Shown here one piece after another: positions 1 through 12,317 of a stretch of DNA of 64,000 bases (positions within the stretch are counted from its first letter, which is position 1; the number at the start of each line of letters is the position of its first letter). The DNA is taken from positions 8,358 to 72,357 of the forward strand of contig DF237099.1 of NCBI GenBank assembly GCA_000708835.1, given 5' to 3'. The stretch comes from Klebsormidium nitens (Eukaryota > Plantae > Klebsormidiophyceae). The notes below the pieces were generated by a model that had not been told where the DNA came from, did not search any database, and saw only the letters and a program-made list of their open reading frames with translations. A program made the position numbers and the translations under genes.

Positions 1-132
1 AATCCTGTCTTTCCTGACGTCTTCGAATTCCCAGTCTTCAACGCCGCTCAGGCCTCAATGTGACTATTATCGCCCTCAGTCCAACAATACAGCATGTGAA
101 CTCTTCTCAGTGTAATTGAAAGGGAGCCTCAC

Positions 133-1854
133 CTTGAATCTTTCTGTGGCAGCACGTTGTCGCACAGCGGGTACCCACACACGCCAGCAATTGCCCTTTC
201 CTCGATGATATCATCATAGTCGGACTTGGGTAACAGACGCCTCTGCAGAGCCAGAAAAAGGGTGGTCTCTGATGCACTGTGAATGGGAAAACAATCCCTT
301 TCTGAGACCACACAATCGCTCCCTAAGGTTTTAGATGACGTGACAAGCATACTTTTTCCTGCACGCCAGCGGCAGTACGTGGAAAAAGGAGGTCTTTGCG
401 CAAAGCATCGAGGCCGAAGCTGTGACAGTCAAACATATGAACCAACCAGTAAGGTCGAGTGCTTCGAACATGCAGGATCACTAAGGAGAAGCAACAAGGC
501 CAAACAAAAAGTGGGGCTGATCCTGCAAGTAGAAGCAATTGTGACACATTCCCGGTTTCGAACCCCGACCTGCGGCCTCGCTGCTAACGGAGACTTGCTT
601 TATCCCGATAAGGGAAACGTGCAATTAGCCGCAGATTCCGGCTGACAATGAACAGCGCCTTCCCTTGTTTGCCTTCTCCAAGTCTTACGTCCCTTCTTCA
701 CACGTAGGTTAAGGTGAAGCATGCTGTCAAACTCAATAGGTCACGGTGCTGCCTGCTGATCGGCCACCACAGAACCGAGCCAGTTATTCTGCAAAATATT
801 TCAGCTGAATATTTAAGCTCCCTTAAGATGTTTTCATTTCCAAGCGGCATGGGGAGCTTATTGGAGTGTCAGAGAAACGCAACCTCTGCCATGCACCAGA
901 ATCGGCGCCTAAGCCCCTAGCACCCCACCACTCGGGACCCCCTACTTTCGCTTACTCAAGTCGGCATTGAGTGCATTCATTAAAGGAACTTCTTGAAAGT
1001 GTTGACTAGGTCAAAGATGTTCTCAGCATAATCTCATGCGTGATTTACATCAACGCACGGGGTTTGAATCAGCAAGAAGAAGAGTCTTAAGCTGCAGGTC
1101 TAGTGAGCATGTAGGACTGTCTGTACGGGCCTTTCCATCCTCAATACAAGATGATAAGATACTCATCTGGAACTTCATGTAAGAGACCCAGGGCCGCGTG
1201 TGAACAAACTCCTCATGGCCCCACTCAATCAGTAACATGAATGTATCCACTCACCGAAGCTTGCAGCTGCTTGTCCGTGGTGGGCCCCTCCAGCAGCGCC
1301 ATCTGCGCTTCAAACACCGCCGCGTTGTGCTCGCGCAGTGTCCTCGCCAGTATCTCCGCTTTCTCTCGCCGGAGCCTGTCATTTGTATCCACTTCTTCAA
1401 CGATGGGCTCCACAGCAGCTTTGGGTGGGGGCCCCAAGTCCTTTCCTACTTTCTTGGGGCCACCTCTTGGGGGTTTCGCAGCCTTCTTAGACTTCGGCTG
1501 CGAACGCAAATTGCCACTGACCGCCTGATCCGCCTGTTGCACCCCAGCCATCGAAGACCCCGAACCCCGCCCGCTTTGTCCCTCGTCGTTCGCGCTTGCC
1601 TTCACCTGCGGACCGCCAATGTCAGCATTGCGTACAGGCAGTGGCCTCGCGGTCACTGAACCGCGCTCCTGCAATCTTCTGGTTCCTTGCGCTGGTTGGA
1701 CTCGCTGCTCTTGTTCAGACACGGTTTGTTTTGCTGCCACTGCGCCGGCGGCGGCAGCCTCGTCTCTGCCGGCGCTCTCCTCAGGCTGTGCAGCAGCTTG
1801 GATGTCCTCGTCTGCGGGCCCATAGTGGAAGATAGCGGGCACACGGTCGGCCAT
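133..1854 (-). CDS. RPAP2: RNA polymerase II CTD phosphatase RPAP2/Rtr1 homolog; 5' part only, gene runs off the window start. Exons 1255-1854 and 133-242
   Basis: Phase-0 splice (GCTTCG|GTGAGT ... CTGCAG|AGG) gives QMALLEG...QLQAS-RRLLPKSDYDDIIEERAIAGVCGYPLCDNVLP. This matches the Rtr1/RPAP2 DYxDxxxERxIxxxCGYPLC zinc-finger start. A donor (AAG|GTGAGG) follows at 133. Confidence 0.9.
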
Positions 1855-2477
1855 GGCGCTCCTCTGCGCGCCCCCTCTTCCACTGCCAGCTTTGGACGAG
1901 TGTGTTCTGCTAGTTCCGAGCTGTGTCTCTGCTCGATCATGAACAGAGCAGAGACAAGCTTGTCAAGGCGTTTGAGGCCCTGCAAAGCCAGATGTTGAGG
2001 AAGCGAGGGACCCCGGCCCCCTTTCTGGTGCCCCGGGAGCTTTATGCCCAAGCGCTTCTCCGAGTACATAGCTCGGGTACTTCGCCCCGGGTTCATCTGT
2101 CTCAGGCCCAGGGGGAGCCAAGTTGCAAAATCGCAGGCTGAGGCAGCATGCAGGTACCGTACACCTTGTAAAGTGCTGCACGCAGCACTCAGATTCCACT
2201 GTCAACATCAGGGGAGCCAGGTGGACGAGAGGCGCAAACTCAGAGTCAAAGCCTCTTGGGCTTCTATTAGTATTAGCTAGGCACTTCAGATGTGGCCCCT
2301 TCTTGTGGCGTGCAGGTTGCCATGGAGACGTTCTCTGCTAGCATAGCTGGATGTGTCTGCGCAAGAGGCCGGCCTCTGTTCCAGCTGCGCGGTTCCTGAC
2401 GTCAAGAGGGTATTTCACCTGGCGCTCTATTGTAGTCCTTAAATGATGACACAGAAGGTTATGTAGGCTGGGCAGCA

Positions 2478-5400
2478 ATGGGGGAGCAGTCTGGCAGCTG
2501 GTCGCTCGAGGATTTACTCGAGGGAGGGGACATCAGCCGGACGCTGAGTGGACGGTCTGCTGAGCACAGCGGAAGGACCGTCACGCACGATGCTCAGAGC
2601 GTAAGGGCAAACGAGGGCAGCAGCTCAGAATTCCAGCATTTAGGGACGAGAGATGGACCGATAGGGCGGACCGTAGGTGGTGGTCTGGAGGTGGGAATTG
2701 GTCCCGAGCAAGGGGTGCCCGTTCTTTTGAATGGGTCAGGGTATCTGCCTGGGCCGGGGTCCTACGGTTTTGGGCATGATGCTAGGAACGGGGAGCACCA
2801 TCCTGGTCACATCAACTCTCACAAGACGGGTGCTGACGTCAGCAATCATGAAGAGGGAATTGAGATGCCCCCAGACAAGGTGGTCAAAGCTTATACGGAG
2901 AAGCAACGGTTGCCAAAAAGCGACGCTCTTCTCAGCGCTCCTGCTGCGAACGGCACCGCAAAGGAATGGGAGAGAGTGCACGGGCCGCAGCCCTCGAGCG
3001 GCCTGGCGGCGACCCTTGGCAGGCAGGCGGCACGCCAGCTCATCCTGCTCGCACTCCTGCTCCGTGATGTAATCATGGGCCTCATGGGGGCTTCTGCGCA
3101 CCTTTGGGGGCTGCTCAGGCAGCGGAAGAAGCGCTCGTTTCGGGCGTGGGTCGTCTTCGTCCTGCGAACGGTCAGGGAAGGGGCACTGGAGACGGTTCAA
3201 AGCCTGGGGGCCTGTGCGAACAACTTCGGGGCTTATTCGCATCGGAGGGTGAAAGTGTGGGCTGAAGTGTATGGGAAGCAGCTGCCGCAGCCAGTGCAGG
3301 AGGCGGCAAGGCAGATTGTGGGGCAGGGGTCCCTGGCAATTCGGCGGTGTGAAAAGGCCCTTGACGGGGTGTATGACTGGGGACAGGGCCAGTTGGCGGG
3401 GTGAGTAGGCGCCTGTGCACAATTTGCAGGGATCTAAGTTGTGAACATTCTTTCCAGAGTCCATTCACAAGTTTACGTACGCTTGCTGACTATATGGCTT
3501 TATTGATGCCCACTGTAAGTTCAGCAATGCTACCGTTCACTTTACACTTTTTTCCGACGGACTTCTCGACCGGAAGGCTTGTCCAGAGTTAGATGGCTGA
3601 ATGGGTCACTTGCACTCTCAGAATGTTTCATGTTGGCCTCGCCTTCTGGACTCTTTCAAAGTACATCCGTTTTCTGCTGTCGTGCAAGTTGGCCCTTTCA
3701 GTCTGGAGGGAAGGCGAACAGACTAGTCCGCCCTCTGCCCTCTGCTGAGCATTGTTTGCCTGCCTCTTGACGCTATCTCTTTGTTCTAACCTTTCCAATA
3801 TCCCTTTCCTCTAGCTGATTCTTCAACCATTTCAACTCAAAAGGCTTGTCCACCCCGTGTAACAGCCGCTCTCAAAGGCCTTGTCCTGAGTATTGTAACC
3901 TGGATGAACTCCTTTTTGCTGTGGCGCAGTTTGGCCCTTTCTTTCTGACAAACATACGAACGAACCCCTGCAACTTTTCTTCGTACTCTGCCCTTACATG
4001 CATTCGCTCAAATACTTGTTGCCTGCCCCTTGCCAGGAAGCGGAATCGTACGCCAAAGCCCCGGCACAAAAGCGGAGGCGGCGCCTTTACAGTCCTGATG
4101 GCATTCCTAGTGTCTCTTCTGACCCTGCGCCTGAGTTGGAACCTCCTCGCACTGAGTGGGGGGGCCCTTCGCCCAGCCGTTCCAGCCCCCCCGGACCCGT
4201 TCGACGTCGTATACATCCTCCAACAACTAGAGCAAGAGACTGCCGCCAGTATGGGGTGGGGCCCCGGAGAGGAGGAAGAGACGCGGAAGGAAGAGGTGGA
4301 ACGGGTCTCGATCCACGATCTGATGGTACTGAAAGAGCTGAATGAACGGAAGGAACGATTGGCGATAACTAGAGCGGCGGAGGAAAGGGAGAAGGCGGCG
4401 AGGGTTGCGGAGGAGCAAGGGGTTGCTGCTGCGGACTCTAAAAGGAAGGGAGTAGGGGGGAGCGGAATGGGGAGCCAAGTCGGGGTGGGGAAGACTGCGG
4501 GCGGGAAGAAGGGGCGATATTTCGGGTGGTTGGATAAAGGGGGGGAGGAAGTGATCTGGGAAGCGCCCGCGTTTTCGGAGCAGACGCACCTGCGGCTGCG
4601 GCACGGGAATGCAAGTAAGGGCCGAAGTTGCGCTCAAGGTCTCCGCTTCGCAAAGTGAAAAGATGATGTCAAATTCCACGGAAGATTATCAGAGCTTTCC
4701 AATCGAATCGGTCGTAGGCTGTCGGCCAGCATGACAGGCAGAGAGTGATGACGTCAATTTGGTAGGATGCTCTAGGTGTGGAGCAACAAGGTATCGAGTT
4801 GTGGTCGCGTGTCCGTCGCCCAGATGCGGATTGCCATGCACTTGGCGTACGCTTAGCTTAGCTCAGGAACAGTCTGATGGTGACGTAAGACGTTCCCGCT
4901 TTTATGTGCGCTGTGCAAAGCCCTTCCAACAATTGTGATCTGCTGTCCAGTCCAGGATGTCTAACTGGCGATCTGCAGCTGTTTTCAATATTCCGGGTAT
5001 TGTGACGTACTCTTTTCAAGTCATCAACAAGGATTACTGACGATTGATGGCGAGCGCCCAAAGAGACATGCCGTGTTCACTCTACTGTGTGAGCGAGGTC
5101 AAACTTTCATACCCGTCCCTTTGGCTGCAGTTCCTCGGATGGGGTTCGGAACCGCGGGGCTGGGCAATCAAACCAAGCAGGCGGTCTTATGGGCGATCGA
5201 AGCTGGCTACAGGTAAGTCGTAGACGCTTCCCGTCACTCTTCTCTTTTCTGTCAAATTTGGATCCTCCGGATTTCTTCCTCTTGCGGCCAACTACGGAGT
5301 TGGTTCTTCGTTCGAAGCTTGGGGTACCGTTTTGTTATATTTCCGAAACAGGCATTGACTTTCTCCTTCAATCTGTTGGATGGAAGGAACCAGCAGGAAG

Positions 5401-8400
5401 TCACTCAAATTGGCTTTTGAACGGATCACCGTACACGCATCTAAACTCGTTTAATTTCGAGTAACCCTTTTTGGCCTGCCGAACACTCAGGACATACTTT
5501 AAACGGGAACAGAAATTTCAAAGTCTAGCAGGTAACATAGGGTTTCCGGGATTCCTAAAGTGTTCAATAGAGGGTTATCTCGCGTTGAGCCTGACGACAT
5601 TAAACGCTGGTACAATATCTACGTTTCGCATCTACGTGACTGTCAGAAGTCCACAACCTTTCTGGACGCAGTGCACCTGGATCTCAACTAGATCTCGACA
5701 CACCTTCTACAACGAACGTCTTTTTCCGTCCTGACCCCGAAAGGACGAAGGAATTGAGTTTTAAGCGAAGGCTACTTTGAAATAAGCTTCACAAGGATTC
5801 AAACCTGGTTCTAACCAGGTTGTTCGACCCGGCGAATAGGCTTAACCAGGGACTAAACCCGGTTCTGACCAGGTTGTTCGACTCGGCGACTGCGCGGGAG
5901 TGGTACCGCCAGGACGAGTTGGGAGCTGCCATCAAGGAGAGCGGGATCCCTCGAGACCACCTGTTTCTGGTAACGAAGGTGAGCGCAGCCGGCGCATTTT
6001 GGTCCTAGATACAGTGGCATTCTGCCTCACCTGTTTCTCGTATTAAAGGGAAGCGAAGGCAGGTCGATCTGGTGTCCTAGAAACGGTGGCAATCTGAGTT
6101 TCGCGTTTTTTTAGCATGGAATTCTCGCTTTAAAGAGGGCGTCACGGGACCGTAACCCCTGACGTCACGTAGCGGCATCGGAACATGGCTTCCTAACAAG
6201 CTGTCGCCAAAAACTGTTGTATTCACGCCTGCACCAAGAGTGCTTGGCCTTGCTTGAAGTGGCCGGGTGATGACGTCCCGTCAATGCTTTCTGTAAAGTG
6301 CCATTTACTTGCTGGTTGTTAGAAACACCATTTGGAGGCTGAACCACAAAGCTCTGCCGGAAACCGGAAGGCTGTTGTCGGGCCATCCGGCTGCATTCAG
6401 GCGTCTTAGTTATCATTTGACGAAACGAATTCGAAACTTCACTTTAAGCTCCGACTTGCTCCAATCCGTTATCACCTTAGGCCTGCGCAACGCCTTCGGC
6501 ATCGCCACAATCTTCATCGAACCATCACCGGTACGCATCCCCGCATCGCTTTCCAGATCGCCTTTCCACAATGCTCGATCCAGCGGCCAACTGGAGCCGC
6601 AAATTTCACCGCAAGCATGCAGAAACACCCCGCTTCCCTAGGCGCATTATCACACCCGTTCGTAAAAGCAGCTTTGCCTCTGGTGTGAATATGCAGATCC
6701 ATCCCCGGGACATGACGATCCAGGGCACGAAAGCCGCGCTAGCGGGCGCTTTGAAGGACCTCCAAACCGACTACGTAGACTTAGCGTTGCTGCACTACCC
6801 GCGCTGCTTCGAGCAACTAGAGGGGTGCTACAAGAACGGGAAGGTCGTCCCAGGTTCCTGGATGGACGGGTAAGTCTTAAGGTTGAAAATTTTCGACATG
6901 TTGGACTTGAGCTATTGTTGGATGGATGGATGGACTTTTCTGGCTCGGATGTTGTGGAATCTTTGGCGTCAGAATTGCTGCGCTGTACACTGTGCTTCGA
7001 GCAACTAGAGGGGTGCTAAAGAACGGGAAGGTCGTCCCAGGGTCCTGGATGGACGGGTAAGTCTTGAAGTAATAAATTTCGACATGTTGGATTTGAGCTA
7101 CTCTTGGATGGATGGATGGACTTTTCCGGCTCGGATATTGTGGAATCTTTGGAGTAGAATTGCTGCGCTGTACACTTTGCTTCGAGCAACTAGAGGGGTG
7201 CAACAAGAACGGGAAGGTGGTCCTAGGGTCCTGGATGGACGGGTAAGTCTTCCTGAGTCGAAGATGTGAAAGTTGCTGCGCTGTACAGTGCTTCGAGCAA
7301 CTAGAGGAGTGCTACGAAAACGGAAGGTGGTCCTGAATTCTAACTGGACGAGATCTGTGCTTCGATGACAACCACAGAATGGGCGGGACAGGAGTCCGAA
7401 CGTGACCGGATGGATCGGAAATGGTCGGGAATACTTTTCACACCTTGTATCGCTCGTAGATTGGTCATGCGACCGTATTTTTAGAAATGTATGTATCACG
7501 ATGCCACAACAAGCGCCCTTCAGTGATACTGACGTCCGTCTTTGGCAGTTGGACGGCTCTGGAGAATCTGTACTGGGAGGGCAAGGTGCGGGCCTTGGGG
7601 GTGAGTCCTTGTTCCGGTTCCGGTTCCGGTTCCGATTCGAGCCCCGTTTGCCTTCTTGTTACCGTTTCATTCAGGTCCTCGTTTCTTGTCGGTTCTGACG
7701 TCCTTTTCTGTGCCCGTTCCGCCTTTTTTCCGTGTTGCTTACCATTCCGGTTACTTGCATCTTCGTTCGTCATGCACAAAAAAAATTGCACCGGTCTCGG
7801 CTTCGACAAACAATCGTACTCTCTTCATGGACTTCGAGACAGTATTACCCTTTGGATCGAGGCTAGACATTTTAGCGTCAGGACAATAGAAGTAGAATAT
7901 TCATTACTGTCGTTGATGGAAGTTTCTGAGCCGAGATTGTAGATTTGGTAGAATCTGAACGACACCGCTTGATTCAGCAATAGTTTCCCCGTCTTTCTGT
8001 CCAGACCTCCCTTCTCGGGTTTGTTTCTTTTCGTTTCCTCTGTCGTTGTTCTTGATTTTCTTGATAGGTCTCATACTGTTTCCGAACTCCTCGAACCGTC
8101 TGTTTTCAACCTCCTGGATAGCCCGTATTTTCCTTTCTGACTCTTCTTTCGCCCACATCTTTAAGATTGTACATGCTCAAAATCGTCAAACCTCCCAGAC
8201 TTTTACCTTCAAAGTCCTGACAGCGTGCCACATACTCAAATTTTGTCCCCCAATCTCCGGAGGTGTCAAACTCTCATATCCAAAAATTCCTTTGACTCAA
8301 ACATCAAACTCTGAAACCCTCAAACACGCTTCCTCAAACACCCATTCGCAGGTGAGCAACTTCGACATGCGAGAAGCGGGCGCTGTTTGCCGCTTCGCTT

Positions 8401-10890
8401 CCAACAAGATACAACCGCACGTCTTCCAGGCGTAAGCCCGCCCCTACCGCCCCTGTCTTGCTTCCTGATGTCAAGGTTGCCCTTCTTATATAGATCGCTT
8501 GAGGTTGTTGCTTCGAGATTCTCTTCTGCCTTTGAATATCGACATCTTTAAAGCGGTCCACTTCTGTTTCAGATACGATCGGGCTGAAGATATGTCCGCA
8601 CCCATAGACGTATGTGAAGATCCTTCATATTCATCTCCATTGTACGATATGCTGCACGACTTTCAGATTGGCGACCTTTGCGTTACTCTTGGTATGTCTA
8701 CCTCACATTGAACTTGGGTTAGGCGATTGGCGGCCCACGTGACAATGATTGCAAGTTATGAAATGATTGCCGGGTTGACGGTGGCCTCTGTTTCCTGTCC
8801 CAGGAACTCCGACCTGATTACCAGCAACGCAAGAATACGAGTGAGTCGGCCTTCCTTTGTTCCAAAACGATGGTTCTCGAGTCCATGTCTATCCCAGCTT
8901 TGAAAATGAGTGCAGGACCTAAACCTGCAATTTTAAAGTAACGGCCTCTACAGCGTCAGCTTTGTGAACGATTGGCTCGGGCAAAGATCGCGCCAAAGGA
9001 CGACACTGATGGCGTCACGCAGAAGGTTTTGGCTTTGGTCAGAGGCAGGAGTCACTCGACAAAGCTGACAGTAAGGCAACGGGTAAAATGCATGGGTAGA
9101 ATCTACTCAAGACCATCTCAACATGCGACTTTCCGTTGTGCAAACATGACTCCGCTTTGCGTGTCGGAGTTTCGAAATGTACTTCTTCGGTTTATTGGTT
9201 GTTCGGGGACCGCGGCTCCTGAGTTCGTGGGATCACTTCGCTGTTTCAAACAGAGTCTGGTCAAAGCCACAACGAAGCTCTGCTCCTGATCCGCCACGTG
9301 TCGTCCTTTCAGAGGTGGGCCATTTACAAGCGCATGCTGTTCATGGGCTACAGCACGCTGGGTAACCAGTGGGTTTCGCAGGGTTACGAGCCTAACCCGG
9401 TAAGCGCCCACCTCATTGATGCCACGTTGCGAGTGTGTCAAGACCTTCGGCTGTACTTCGGGGCCTTCCTATTTGACACCAGCGGCAGAAGTCGTCAGTT
9501 TACGTCGATTGGCAGAAGGATCCGAGGACGGGTCAGTCCAGAAGTGACAGTGACGTACATTATAAGCGCAACCAAGTCAGATGGTTTGAGCTAGTGGCTC
9601 CTGCATCTACTGCATTGATACTTTCGAGTTTTGCCTCGCAACGCCTTGTTTGCCCTCGTTGTTTCTGGCGCAAGTGCTTTTATCCAACCGCAAAAGCGTC
9701 GTTGCTTTCCGGTTTCGTATCAGTAGTGCCTCGTGGGCGTTGATCATTTCAAAAGCATTAGTTTAGTCCGGCAACTGAGTTCGCAATCTGTTGTCAAAGC
9801 TGCACCTCCTTTCCTTAAGCTGAACGGACCCCTGTTGTCCAATCTCTTCTCAAACTTGAGTGATCGTATACTCCGATATCAGTCTTCTGAGCGGGTTGGA
9901 CATTGTCGATACAACCCTTCAAGCAAGAGCAAAGCAAAATCCGATTTCTATCGCCCAGTATACTCGATACCTTCTCTCGTTAAGAAGCAACGTCCAGTCA
10001 GAAGAGGTTGCTTATGAGTCTTGATCGTTGTAACAGGTCCTCTTCAACCCGGTCGTTGAGAGGATTGCCAAGCTCCGCAACTGCACCGCGGCGCAAGTGA
10101 GTGACGTGGCAGCCCGGACACGTGGCTTCGCAATATGCTCATTTCCAACCTTTTGAATCCTTCCTTGAGGTAGAAACGAGTATGAAGAGACACCTTTCTT
10201 GAGCTTGCATGTTTCTTCGCTGCCTGAGGGTTAAGTCCGTCCAAAGCCCCTATGAAATCAGATTCTTTGTTGTGAGGCCGTTGCTGAAGAAGAGGGCATG
10301 CACCCGTCGTTGATTCTGGGTTTTCCAAGGGGTGTACTGTGCTTACTGCGCGCTGATGCCGCTGTGCTGTACCGGGAATGCGTTCTGTTTGCTGTGACAA
10401 CAGCTGGCGATTGTGACCCAAACCCCAGAACTGCGATGCTCATGGATTGCTAACAACGTCCCCCAAGACAGCCCTGTTGGCGTAACCGCCGACATGAAGC
10501 GATGAGCAGTCAGCGAATCGTTCAGACGTCGCTGCAAAGCCCTTATATCCCTGGTCAATTGACGTTTGGAGTCGAAGACGTTCCACTTGTTCTTTCGCGC
10601 TGTCTGCATCCATCGGAAAGCCGTGCGAAGGTTTCCTATTTTTCTCAAAGGCGTTGTTCCTCCCGGTTCTGATCTATGCTCGGGGCGTTCAGGTGGCACT
10701 GCGGTGGGCGCTCAATTGGGACCAGGTAATCATTCCCCGGTCACACACCCGGGAGCACATCTTCGAGAACTTCCGGGTGTTTCAGGGGGAGTGCGAGGTT
10801 GACGGGGCGGAGATGCACGCTTTGAACGCCCTAGAGAAAATGGGGGTGGATCGGGTGATGGAGACATATGAGGCGACGCATCAGAGCTGA
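2478..10890 (+). CDS. Aldo-keto reductase (~791 aa) with a long N-terminal extension and a transmembrane helix. Exons 2478-3400, 4037-4614, 5131-5212, 5873-5978, 6697-6869, 7549-7600, 8352-8431, 8804-8840, 9313-9399, 10037-10096, 10693-10890
   Basis: All 10 introns are GT-AG and phase-consistent (2376 nt). AKR motifs: LRHGNAIPRMGFGTAGLG, GYRLFDSATAREWY (Asp, Tyr), LFLVTK (Lys), LALLHYP (His), GKVRALGVSNF, GYSTLG, AQVALRWAL, IIPRS...HIFEN. The AKR domain call is firm; linkage of the first two exons is less certain. Confidence 0.88.
5800..5890 (+). repeat. 54-nt-period duplication of the intron 3 acceptor and start of AKR exon 4
   Basis: AAACCTGGTTCTAACCAG|GTTGTTCGACCCGGCG (AG at 5817-5818) versus AAACCCGGTTCTGACCAG|GTTGTTCGACTCGGCG (AG at 5871-5872). 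Confidence 0.85.
6790..7350 (+). repeat. ~185-nt tandem array (about 3.5 copies) containing the 3' end of AKR exon 5, its GTAAGT donor and adjacent intron
   Basis: TGCTTCGAGCAACTAGAGG(G/A)GTGC occurs four times. CTGGATGGACGG|GTAAGTCTT occurs with donors at 6870, 7057 and 7243. The intron part GACATGTTGGA...GGATGGATGGATGGACTTTT...GTGGAATCTTTGG occurs twice. Confidence 0.92.
7611..7634. repeat. (GTTCCG)4 microsatellite just after the AKR exon 6 donor
   Basis: gttccggttccggttccggttccg seen directly. Confidence 0.8.
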
Positions 10891-12317
10891 AAGTGGGGGC
10901 ACGCGGGCGGAGGGTTTGTTTCGGCACTGTTAAAATTATTTGCGACCGGCTTTTTAAAAAGGTACTAACCAAGGTGATTAACCCGGCTTGTCAGTGAGCG
11001 CCTCTTCATCGGGATATGCTAATCAAACACGTGTTTGACGGTCATGAAGCGCATCTGGCAGATTGATTCCTGACAGAAGAAAGCTGTGGCAGGAGGATTC
11101 TTATATCAAGTTAGATGTATTCCGGCCTTCTCATGGTAACTGTTTAGCAGACCGTACATGGTCGGCCGTCTTGCAGACTACAGGCATTTCCAGGCTCAGC
11201 CATCGAATCCTGCCGTATCCCATGATGAGGCCTAATGAGGGTACGTGCATACTGCTATATTTCCTGTAAAGTAGACCATACGTACTGGACGGTACTGCAT
11301 GCGCCCAATGCTTAAATTGATCATGCATGGCGCATGCATGGCCGGCATGCCGGCACCTCATTGGATCGCAAGATAATGGACAAGCCATGTCACCTGTCGT
11401 GCAGCCGTTTCAGTGTCTGCGTAAGTACACGTGCCAGTGCACATAGCGGCCTAGGCATGTATACGTGCGATCGGCCACGTTTTCGACGACATCAGCCATG
11501 GCATCATTGTAGCGATTTATGCGGTCACTCGTGTTAACTTGCCTAATTTGCAATATCTGGAAGATGCCCGCGTCGAGGCGGGCCTAGCGTGTGCACTGAG
11601 GGGCAACCTTTGACCAAATGAGTCTCCTTATAAGTGAGTCGGAGCCTGTGACAGTTTCCTATCAACGTCCATATGTTGACCCGCATTGGGTTCTTATAGA
11701 CCTCGCATTCGATTCTTTATCAGAGTAAGTATGACCGTGATCGATTTACGAGTGATCAGGACCAGCTCGCGACTTTGCAACGCGATTAGAAAGTAAACCT
11801 CGTGACCCAGTCTACAATACAAGATGTTCAAGTGAAGCTACAATTGGAGACTTCCATGCTTTGTAAGTACAGAATCTTATGTTGTATGAGTGCGGATAAA
11901 TCAGGGTTGTAAGTTTGTCACGAGTATTTCAACTCATCAGCATGAATTCTTGAGGCGTCGGACATTGTATCTTCACTGAGGCCCGATGACTCCGGTCGTT
12001 AATTTCACTAAGGCAGTGCTTTGACGAACTGGGGTCAGGATCAACCTACATGTCAACAGCTAGCTTACACTCACATTACCGGACAACGCTTTGAACAGTA
12101 ACTGCCGAATACCTTTTCAATCCAAGCCGTTCAAGAGTTTCTACTTAAGGGAGGCCACTTAACATACTCATGACTCCGGACAATCTAAGCGCCTTCCCCA
12201 ACGCCCGTCCCGCTTTTGACCTCTCCAGCATTCGTCGCTTGCGAGTACTCAAGTCATCCCAAACTTCGGTAGCTGCCCGTGTAGGACGAATTCTAAGACT
12301 CGCTAAACCGGCCAGAC

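Noticed and set aside
2478-4658. Stand-alone two-exon membrane-protein gene ending at the 4658 stop
   Set aside because: A donor at 4615 (GCAA|GTAAGG) joins in phase to the AKR and supplies the canonical LxxGxxIP start. No other AKR first exon fits, so a single gene is preferred.
6790-7350. CRISPR-like repeat-spacer array
   Set aside because: The units are contiguous ~185-nt copies of exon and intron sequence with no unique spacers; eukaryotic context and no cas genes.
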